A stretch of DNA of 64,000 nt from NCBI GenBank assembly GCA_020427985.1, contig JAGQNR010000001.1, positions 89,784-153,783 on the forward strand, given 5' to 3'. The first letter of the stretch is position 1, and each line of letters opens with the position of its first letter. The stretch comes from Candidatus Saccharimonadota bacterium (lineage in GTDB: Bacteria > Patescibacteriota > Saccharimonadia > Saccharimonadales > UBA4665). The notes beneath the pieces were generated by a model. The model was not told the DNA's origin, did not search any database, and saw only the letters and a program-made list of their open reading frames with translations. Both the position numbers and the translations under genes were made by a program. Shown in pieces: positions 9,575 to 15,882 of this stretch.

Positions 9575-9603
9575 AACCCCTACAAAATTGTAGGGGTTTA
9601 CTT
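9575..9603 (+). terminator. rho-independent terminator
   Basis: 11-bp stem AAACCCCTACA / TGTAGGGGTTT (9575-9585 / 9590-9600) with a 4-nt loop. The T residues are partly within the stem. Confidence 0.55.
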
Positions 9604-9621
9604 GTGTAACGACCTCTGTTT

Positions 9622-9630
9622 TGCTATAAT
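9622..9630 (+). promoter_or_regulatory. extended -10 (TGcTATAAT) for tRNA-Glu
   Basis: TG at 9622-9623 and TATAAT at 9625-9630, 16 nt upstream of the tRNA 5' end. Confidence 0.45.
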
Positions 9631-9646
9631 AGCGTTTGATTCGCGC

Positions 9647-9721
9647 GGCCTCATCGTCTAACGGTTAGGACACCAGGTTTTCATCCTGGCAACCGGGGTT
9701 CGATTCCCCGTGAGGTCACCA
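9647..9721 (+). tRNA. tRNA-Glu (anticodon UUC), CCA encoded
   Basis: Cloverleaf read by eye. Acceptor GGCCTCA/TGAGGTC, D-arm TCGTCTAACGGTTAGGACA, anticodon stem CCAGG/CCTGG with loop TTTTCAT (TTC), T-arm GGGGTTCGATTCCCC, 3' ACCA. Confidence 0.9.
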
Positions 9722-11394
9722 TACGTGGATAGAAATGCAGATTTCAGCTTGAACAGCTCGCTTACCTCTGGTGGCGAGCTTTTCAATTGAGTTCGATAAT
9801 CTATTTCTGCGTATGTTGGCTTTTTGTTAAATATAGCACCAAAATAGGTAGCTCTTTTAAGCGGATTACTGAGGCCGAGAAGCATTTCTGAGAGGTGTTC
9901 CATAATATATTTTGCATACATCAAAACTACTTCAAATTCGGCATCTAAATCGGGTTGTTTTGCTATCTCTATATCGAGCTGAGCAAGCTCCTTTTCTACG
10001 CTCACGATGTCCTCCTCTAAGAACTTTAGGGCTGATTCACTAGACAGAACTCGCATTCGGTCTACAGTGGATCGGATTTGACCTTCTAGGCTCTCACGAT
10101 GCTCTAGGCGGCGTTGGTTTGCTTCAAATTGGTCTGCTTGTCGATCTCTCCATAATTGGGCAATAGCATCGATTACGCTGTCGATATATTCAGGCTTGAT
10201 CGTAATGGTTCGAATAAATGATTCAATGGTTTCATCGAATTGGGGTTTGTTTACGCGGAAGTAGTGGCCGTGATTACTGCAATGATATGCCGGGTAATAT
10301 GTACCCATTTTGCCTTTGGAGGCACTACCAAGGAGCTGCTGACCACACGTGGAGCATCCCACGACCTGTTTATATGGGTATTCAGGGTTATATTCCTTTT
10401 TGAACTTCAGGTGATCAGGAACTTCCTTTGTTTTAATAGTAATCTCATTGGTACTACTAACCTCAACATGGATGCGTCCTCGGTTTGCTTCATTAAACAA
10501 ATCTACCGACACGATCCCATCAAATTGTGCTTTCACTGGTTTATCGTATGTCCACTTTTCGCAAATAATACCGCAATAGGTGAGTTTACTTGCGTAGCGG
10601 TCAATCATTTTGGCGGTCATTTTCTTACCTCCAAGGGTGCGACGAACCTTGGTACGGTCATATTTGTCTCTAACAAGGGTTGTTCGCGTTTTAAATCCCA
10701 TTGAATTGAGTTCATCTGCTATCTGTTTGTTCGTATACATGTGGCTGGCACGCATCTCAAATAGTTTTTCTATATAGATCGCCTCATCTTTTCTAGGTTT
10801 AAGAATCAATCGCTTTCCATTCCTGGTGTCGACAGATTTACTTCGGAATCCGTAGAGTGGCTGACGCATCCAGTACCCGAGTTGGGTATAGCGAATCTCC
10901 GCACCGATCATACGGCTCATAATGTCACGCATTTCATCCTTGGCGCGCTCTGCCTCTAGGTATTCAGATTTCTGGGTAGGGTTGAACTCGCTCCAGTAGT
11001 ATTTGAAGCCGACGTGTTCAAGTGTGTTGATCTGACTCTTGCCGATAACCCCGTACATGTCTTCAAGGGCGATACCCATAGTCGTAAGTTGCTTCTTGAG
11101 TGGGGAGTAGTAATCGCCACCACCACGTGTAAAGCGGTCAATCGATTTAATGAGGACGACTTGGATACCTTTGCCTTTGTCTTTACAGGCGTCAATGACT
11201 TTCTGCATTGGCTGGAACTCATGCGAAGCCGACTCCATCAGAATAATGGTGTCTATGATGACGATGTTGTGTGCCTTGGCGTAAGATTCACCTTGCTCTC
11301 GTTGAGCTTCCGGTGAATCACCATCCAGACCTTGTTTGTCCGACGATACGCGGATGGCTAATAGGCCGATTCGTGGTTCGTAACTAGGCAACAT
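9658..11394 (-). CDS. large serine recombinase (integrase)
   Basis: 578 aa. Resolvase-type N-terminus with catalytic Ser (LLAIRVSSDKQG), a recombinase domain, zinc ribbon CSTCG...HCSNHGH and a C-terminal coiled coil. The last 64 nt are antisense to tRNA-Glu. Confidence 0.9.
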   Translation of the reverse strand: MLPSYEPRIGLLAIRVSSDKQGLDGDSPEAQREQGESYAKAHNIVIIDTIILMESASHEFQPMQKVIDACKDKGKGIQVVLIKSIDRFTRGGGDYYSPLKKQLTTMGIALEDMYGVIGKSQINTLEHVGFKYYWSEFNPTQKSEYLEAERAKDEMRDIMSRMIGAEIRYTQLGYWMRQPLYGFRSKSVDTRNGKRLILKPRKDEAIYIEKLFEMRASHMYTNKQIADELNSMGFKTRTTLVRDKYDRTKVRRTLGGKKMTAKMIDRYASKLTYCGIICEKWTYDKPVKAQFDGIVSVDLFNEANRGRIHVEVSSTNEITIKTKEVPDHLKFKKEYNPEYPYKQVVGCSTCGQQLLGSASKGKMGTYYPAYHCSNHGHYFRVNKPQFDETIESFIRTITIKPEYIDSVIDAIAQLWRDRQADQFEANQRRLEHRESLEGQIRSTVDRMRVLSSESALKFLEEDIVSVEKELAQLDIEIAKQPDLDAEFEVVLMYAKYIMEHLSEMLLGLSNPLKRATYFGAIFNKKPTYAEIDYRTQLKSSPPEVSELFKLKSAFLSTYGDLTGNRTPVARMKTWCPNR

Positions 11395-11578
11395 CTCGAT
11401 TCTCCGTTAGTAGGGCTTCGAGTTGCTGTTTAAACTTCAGGTCTTCAATGATTTTCTCGACGACAAGATTCGCAACTAATTTGATGCGCTGTTCAGTCGA
11501 AAACTGAAACTCTTCCACGACGGGTGGTTTCGGTTTATTCTTTGATCCTTTTGGTCGCGGCATTGTTCTACCCTCCAT
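11384..11578 (-). CDS. small basic protein with AT-hook-like N-terminus (possible recombination accessory factor)
   Basis: 64 aa, PRPKGSKNKPKPP. Its 3' end overlaps the recombinase start by 11 nt. Confidence 0.5.
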   Translation of the reverse strand: MEGRTMPRPKGSKNKPKPPVVEEFQFSTEQRIKLVANLVVEKIIEDLKFKQQLEALLTENRDVA

Positions 11579-11615
11579 GCCTGAGGTGCGATAACAATCC
11601 GACTAGAGACTACAA

Positions 11616-11819
11616 TTAATTGGTAGGACGACCCTTAGCTGGTCGTTCTTTGATTTCTTTGTCGATAAGGGAGTTTAGCTCTTTATCGCCAATGCTTTTA
11701 AGTGCTTCGAGATACAGTTCAACGAGTGATTGCCCACGACCGTAAGCAACCGCTTTTACACGGTTACGTATGTCTGTTGGAATGTCTAACTGGAGACGGA
11801 CTCGTTTCTGTTCTGCCAT
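11616..11819 (-). CDS. ribbon-helix-helix-like DNA-binding protein
   Basis: 67 aa. KRVRLQLDIPTDIRNRVKAVAYGRGQSLVELYLEAL fits a beta-strand/helix/helix CopG/Arc-type pattern. Confidence 0.5.
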   Translation of the reverse strand: MAEQKRVRLQLDIPTDIRNRVKAVAYGRGQSLVELYLEALKSIGDKELNSLIDKEIKERPAKGRPTN

Positions 11820-11863
11820 CGGGGACTATTATACAACTTTAGCCCCCGATTCTCAATCTGTTG

Positions 11864-12097
11864 TTACTCTCCGCAGATTTCGCACGGAACTGTATGGTCA
11901 ATGATGAGACGTAAGTCTTCATCGGGTGTTTCTTGTAATGTGTCTTGTAGGTCGTAATACCTACATGCACAAACCTCTTCAATAGCTTGTGCCTCAAGCT
12001 CTTCGCGACTAAGTTTGTCATTGATAACAATGTCTAAACCGTGCTCTTTTGCGTACTGCTCAAGCTGCTTTTTTTGCTCTTCCTCAGACTTGTTCAT
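11864..12097 (-). CDS. small acidic hypothetical protein
   Basis: 77-aa ORF with SD (GGAGGG) upstream. It contains four Cys (CACR...CEIC). No family recognised. Confidence 0.5.
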   Translation of the reverse strand: MNKSEEEQKKQLEQYAKEHGLDIVINDKLSREELEAQAIEEVCACRYYDLQDTLQETPDEDLRLIIDHTVPCEICGE

Positions 12098-12290
12098 ATA
12101 CCCTCCATTCTAGTACACTTTGTAGTTTCTAGCCGAATTGTTAAGGCACCGGTTACTTATTCATAACCCTACTTATATACTACTCCATGTATTGGTATTA
12201 TTCAATACTTTTAGGCTATTTTGTACTATAAAAAAGGTATATCCCGATATATACCATCTAACACCTATATTACCTCTGTTTATTCTTGTA

Positions 12291-12338
12291 CTTTTTCTCT
12301 CTTTACTATATATAAATATATAGAAGAGAAGGAAGAAG
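12291..12338. repeat. imperfect inverted repeat in an AT-rich gap (candidate oriT/operator)
   Basis: Central palindrome CTATATAT-AA-ATATATAG (12306-12323) is flanked by a pyrimidine arm (12291-12305) that pairs with a purine arm (12324-12338). It lies 35 nt upstream of the replication-relaxation-like gene. Confidence 0.25.
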
Positions 12339-12373
12339 AGTGAGTGTGTAGGTAAAATTGGAAGTATTGTGAT

Positions 12374-13195
12374 ATGTCAGACAAACTCATTACATTAAAA
12401 CAAGGACAAATAGACGTATTAGAATTGCTGTATAAATACAGGTTTAGCAGTCGTCAGTTGATACTTGAAAGTATGGGTGAAGGTAGTGGTACAGACTTTA
12501 ATCTATATAAGAAACTAGAAGTCCTCATTAAACACGGATTAGTCTTTAAACGCCACGAGCCGCGTCAAAAACTGCTGGGTGTGCCATTTGCTTACTCGCT
12601 CACTCCAAAGGGCGTCAAAGCCCTTCAAACGCTGCCACAACATGACCATATATCGGACTCCATCATCAAAGGCTGGTATCGAAATAAAACGGTAGACCAG
12701 AAGTTCGTCAACCGCACCATAGCTATCCATAAATACACCAACCTGCTCAACAGGTTTTATCCATCCATAAAAGTCTTTACGCAACGTGACCTCGTGAATT
12801 TCTTCTATTTTCCTCCGCACCTTCCCGATGCGGTACTGTCCCTCCCATTAGAAGATGGCAGTTCATTGCGTTACTTCTTCGATATCATACCGTCAGGAAT
12901 GCCCAGAAAAGCCCTCGATGGTAAACTCATGAACTACTGCACCTTTTTCGATCTAGGTGGCTGGAAAGTCACCAAAAGTGACAATCCTGCAATCCTCCTT
13001 GTTGCAAGTAATGCCCGTGCTGAACGGCAACTGCAATATATCGCCCGTGCACGCTTGCAACGCTATGATGAACTCGACCTCCGTATCTTCACCACAACCG
13101 TGCAAGCACTTGCCAATATGAACGATGAGGGACTCATTTGGACTCGCGTTGACGATACAGACGAACCCCTCGAACTCACTCAGTTGCTCGGCTAA
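12374..13195 (+). CDS. replication-relaxation family-like winged-helix protein
   Basis: 273 aa. The N-terminal pattern LKQGQIDVLELLYKYRFSSRQL...LYKKLEVLIKHGLVFKR...YSLTPKGVKAL resembles Replic_Relax proteins. The assignment is by eye only. Confidence 0.5.
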   Translation: MSDKLITLKQGQIDVLELLYKYRFSSRQLILESMGEGSGTDFNLYKKLEVLIKHGLVFKRHEPRQKLLGVPFAYSLTPKGVKALQTLPQHDHISDSIIKGWYRNKTVDQKFVNRTIAIHKYTNLLNRFYPSIKVFTQRDLVNFFYFPPHLPDAVLSLPLEDGSSLRYFFDIIPSGMPRKALDGKLMNYCTFFDLGGWKVTKSDNPAILLVASNARAERQLQYIARARLQRYDELDLRIFTTTVQALANMNDEGLIWTRVDDTDEPLELTQLLG

Positions 13196-13211
13196 CTCTC
13201 TCGTTACATGC

Positions 13212-13242
13212 AAAAACCCGAGAGCCTAGTAAGGCTCCCGGG
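13212..13242 (-). terminator. rho-independent terminator for the 13276..13752 operon
   Basis: The minus strand reads CCCGGGAGCC-TTACTA-GGCTCTCGGG followed by TTTTT. Confidence 0.5.
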
Positions 13243-13275
13243 CTGCTGGTGCTTTCCTGGCAGAAAACACCACCC

Positions 13276-13752
13276 TTAGTTATGGGCATCTACCTGCACA
13301 AGCCACAGGTTCTTTGGATTCTTGAGGTAATACTCAAGTCCTTTCTCACTGATAACACTTTCACCACCGGGGCCAAATAGCTGACAGGTATTGCCATGGT
13401 AGCCACTTGCCTTAGAGAACTGGTAGCGTGACAGGTAATGTCCGTCTACTCGCTCAAACTCTTCGTTGTATATCTGCTCATCGGAGTAGTTAGCTAACAT
13501 CAGGCGAACTGTTTCCATCGTCTGCTTAAACTCATCGAATTGACCTTCCATAGCAGCCACAGCAGATGCTTGTGACTTCTTGGTGCTCAATTTCATGGGC
13601 TGCCAACAATCTTCCCACCGGCTTTCTTCTGCGGTGTAACTATACCAATCAAATTCGTGCCATTCCACCAAGTCATCCATGGTAGATTCTGCCACGTCTC
13701 GTGCTTCGGCGGCATCCGGTGCTTCAACTATTAATCGTACTAAGTAATGCAT
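13276..13752 (-). CDS. acidic hypothetical protein (leading-region cargo)
   Basis: 158-aa ORF downstream of DUF3768 in the same operon. Trp/Glu/Asp-rich. No family recognised. Confidence 0.6.
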   Translation of the reverse strand: MHYLVRLIVEAPDAAEARDVAESTMDDLVEWHEFDWYSYTAEESRWEDCWQPMKLSTKKSQASAVAAMEGQFDEFKQTMETVRLMLANYSDEQIYNEEFERVDGHYLSRYQFSKASGYHGNTCQLFGPGGESVISEKGLEYYLKNPKNLWLVQVDAHN

Positions 13753-13821
13753 ATCATTCTCCTGAATCGTTAATTTGGTTCGGGTGGTTTTCAGTCACAC
13801 CCAGGACTAAAAAAGAGGAGC

Positions 13822-14145
13822 TTAGTGCTCCTCTGCGAGATAAACGGTGAGTACCCGTTCCACTTCATCACTGAGAGGATCGGCCCAGACTTCGAATCCT
13901 GGATCGTAGTAATCTATCTTCCAGAAAATCTTTTTACCTTCCCATTCCAGAGAACCAAAGTCATGCTCTCCGTAGGGATCGTTGTCTTCTGAGAAATCCG
14001 TGTAGTCTCGGACTGCTCGTATCAACCCCAAGACATCTTGGAGATTGAAGACTCCTTGTGAAACACTCATTGTTTCACCTTGGCGGAACTTGTCGTTCCT
14101 CTGAGCTATCAACTCAGCTTTGGTTGGTGCTTCTGTAGGTTTCAT
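13822..14145 (-). CDS. DUF3768-family protein
   Basis: 107 aa. NDPYGEHDFGSLEWEGKKIFWKIDYYD matches the DUF3768 signature seen on plasmids and ICEs. A strong SD AAGGAGGG lies 6 nt upstream. Confidence 0.7.
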   Translation of the reverse strand: MKPTEAPTKAELIAQRNDKFRQGETMSVSQGVFNLQDVLGLIRAVRDYTDFSEDNDPYGEHDFGSLEWEGKKIFWKIDYYDPGFEVWADPLSDEVERVLTVYLAEEH

Positions 14146-14171
14146 AGAACCCTCCTTGCTTTACGAGAGGG

Positions 14172-14336
14172 CTTCCTGCCTCTCTGTCATCAGGGCTCGG
14201 GATGAATCCAAACGTGTCAGGGTGGAGATTCCCCTTAAAATATTCAATTAAAAGAAAAATGATTCATATTTTAGGGGCTGAATACTACCTTGATGCGTTT
14301 GGTTCACCCGTATACTGAAAAGACAGAGGGAGGAAG
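14172..14336 (+). promoter_or_regulatory. structured hairpin element copy A (candidate Frpo-like ssDNA promoter)
   Basis: Long imperfect hairpin. Base stem is 14172-14188 / 14322-14336. Internal helices include CCAAACG/CGTTTGG. Apical stem is CCCCTTAAAATA/TATTTTAGGGG. The right arm carries TTGATG (14290-14295) - 15 nt - TATACT (14311-14316). G-T pairs favour the plus strand. Confidence 0.5.
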
Positions 14337-14409
14337 AACTTTATATCAAGACCCAATTCTTGTGATCATGAAATTAAGAGCAGTTTAGCGTCATACTCAG
14401 GACAAGAAT

Positions 14410-14709
14410 CTAGTAGGCGCTTACCGGCCTATCTTGTGGCATCTCGGCAAGCTCATCGACGCAGTCGAATGCTTGCATTTGCTGCCAGTAGTGCTCCCGA
14501 AGCTGTTTGGCTAGACGGACAAGTTTCTTGTCGTCACGCCAGTTCGCTACGGTGCAGTCATTAGCCACTGCACCTAGCAAACCGCCTCCCAGGTAGTTCT
14601 GGAAGGCGCTCAGGAATTCATCTTCGTAGCCGTAGTTAGTGAGGTCTAGCTCGCAACCACCGCCACGATACTCATACCGCTCGCGTGTGATGTGTTCTGT
14701 AATGTTCAT
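14410..14709 (-). CDS. small hypothetical protein
   Basis: 99-aa ORF with a 4-nt ATGA-type overlap with the upstream ORF. No family recognised. Confidence 0.55.
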   Translation of the reverse strand: MNITEHITRERYEYRGGGCELDLTNYGYEDEFLSAFQNYLGGGLLGAVANDCTVANWRDDKKLVRLAKQLREHYWQQMQAFDCVDELAEMPQDRPVSAY

Positions 14710-14897
14710 AGGACTTCATCCTCCTCGTTAAGTACATGGTCTTGGGTAAGTCCCTGGTGAGAGACGCTATCGGTAACGTTACCGTCTGCGTCTAGCCACA
14801 CCTGGACAAAGAACGGCTCTTTGTACCAGCCGTTATCTTTAGCAATTTTCGCCCAGAATTGGCGGCATTGCTCGATAGTCAAAGAGGAGGCGCTCAT
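14706..14897 (-). CDS. small acidic hypothetical protein
   Basis: 63-aa ORF with 4-nt overlaps on both sides, which suggests translational coupling. Confidence 0.5.
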   Translation of the reverse strand: MSASSLTIEQCRQFWAKIAKDNGWYKEPFFVQVWLDADGNVTDSVSHQGLTQDHVLNEEDEVL

Positions 14898-15196
14898 CGC
14901 ACCTCCTCCGTGTTGGCTTCGACAACCTCGATCCAGTCGATGCTATCGAATGCCTGTTGTAACAGGTCTTGCCACAGGCACGGTGTATCGATTTCACCGT
15001 TCAGTTGCTCCTGTAGGCACATCTTTAGCCACTCGGCACTCTGCCAAGCAGCTTTTTGGCTTGCTATCGCTTCCATCAGGAATCGGTAGCTACCCTCGTC
15101 ATTGGTCAACCAGAGATTGGCTAACCATGTTTCGCGGTTACTCCACCCGTTGAACTCGGTGGATACAGTTTGTTTTTCTTGTGTCGCGTAAGTCAT
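14894..15196 (-). CDS. small Trp-rich acidic hypothetical protein
   Basis: 100 aa with motif NGWSNRETWLANLWLTNDEGSY. SD AAGGAG lies 7 nt upstream. It is the first gene after hairpin copy B. Confidence 0.6.
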   Translation of the reverse strand: MTYATQEKQTVSTEFNGWSNRETWLANLWLTNDEGSYRFLMEAIASQKAAWQSAEWLKMCLQEQLNGEIDTPCLWQDLLQQAFDSIDWIEVVEANTEEVR

Positions 15197-15202
15197 TTCT
15201 TA

Positions 15203-15374
15203 CTCCTTTACTTTACGTAACGGAGTCGCTACACGGGGTCGCATGGCAAATGCGTCAAGGCTGGAGATTCCCCTTGAAGATACCTGAAATATAATTATTC
15301 ATCTTCATGGGATGAATACTACCTTTACGTGTTTGCTCGACCCGTATACTGAGACATTACGTGAAGTGAGGAGA
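15203..15374 (+). promoter_or_regulatory. structured hairpin element copy B (candidate Frpo-like ssDNA promoter)
   Basis: Same architecture as copy A. Base stem is 15203-15220 / 15357-15373. Apical stem is CCCCTTGAAGAT/ATCTTCATGGG, with compensatory changes relative to copy A. TTTACG (15324-15329) - 15 nt - TATACT (15345-15350). Confidence 0.5.
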
Positions 15375-15636
15375 TTATTAAATAATCATTTTCCTGTACA
15401 ATAGTCAGCGGAAGATTCGTGTTTCGGCAGCTTTTGCGAGGGAGCAGGAGTCTTCTTTTTATTAAATCAGAGCTACCGAGATGGCTACGAGTGCGACTAC
15501 TGCTAGCTTCCTGCGCACCTGGTTCCTACCAACCCCACTACAAGATACATCTTCCGAGTTTTAATAATGAACAATACATTGTCAGGTTACGGGTGGGTGC
15601 TAAATTATAGGCTAATTATTAACCAGTGCACGCATC

Positions 15637-15882
15637 CTAGACATCAATAGTGTCGATTGCATTGGCAAGTTCGATATCCTTACTGGTGATGGTATCAGCT
15701 GATTCATGCGTGATAAGCCAGATATACACCACATTCCATTCATTTTCCCATCGTGGATGGTGATTATGTCTATTTGCCACGGCAGCCACTTTTGTAAAGA
15801 ATGCCCAAGCCTCATCGAAATCTTTGAACTCAAAGCGCTTATATAGACCGGCCGGTGAATGTTCCCAAGTATCTGTACTCAT
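15637..15882 (-). CDS. pterin-4-alpha-carbinolamine dehydratase (PCD/DCoH family)
   Basis: 81 aa. FKDFDEAWAFFTKVAAVANRHNHHPRWENEWNVVYIWLITHE...ITSKDIELA matches the PCD signature. Confidence 0.85.
   Translation of the reverse strand: MSTDTWEHSPAGLYKRFEFKDFDEAWAFFTKVAAVANRHNHHPRWENEWNVVYIWLITHESADTITSKDIELANAIDTIDV

Larger units (their letters stand above)
9658..15400. mobile_element. integrated element next to tRNA-Glu (integrative mobilizable/conjugative element; right boundary uncertain and may extend to about 39.5 kb including the T4SS)
   Basis: The serine recombinase abuts and overlaps the tRNA 3' end. The element also has small DNA-binding proteins, a replication-relaxation-like gene, DUF3768 and other small acidic ORFs with strong SDs, and two hairpin elements. 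No att repeat could be identified. Confidence 0.5.

Noticed and set aside
9517-9603. An extended -10 (TGcTATACT, 9517-9525) followed about 50 nt later by the 9575-9603 hairpin could define a ~70-nt sRNA between the surface-protein gene and tRNA-Glu.
   Set aside because: There is no -35 box and no conservation evidence. The hairpin is more simply the terminator of the upstream gene. I cannot support this without expression or comparative data.
12138-12323. A 61-aa ORF in the AT-rich gap upstream of the replication-relaxation-like gene.
   Set aside because: It translates low-complexity AT-rich sequence (Leu/Ile/Phe/Tyr runs), has no SD, and covers the inverted repeats.
14224-14235. GGAGATTCCCC in both hairpin elements resembles the tRNA-Glu T-arm (GGTTCGATTCCCC), so it could be an attR-type duplicated tRNA end.
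   Set aside because: The similarity is limited to about 8 nt. It lies inside a paired segment of the hairpin and occurs twice. No longer match to the tRNA 3' end exists anywhere in the window.
15419-15610. A 63-aa ORF in the ~440-nt gap between the leading-region operon and the pterin dehydratase gene.
   Set aside because: It has a GTG start without an SD and an Arg/Leu-rich composition. The gap is more likely to contain the element boundary. A 15-nt palindrome GATTATTAAATAATC at 15373-15387 was noted, but it is too short to interpret.
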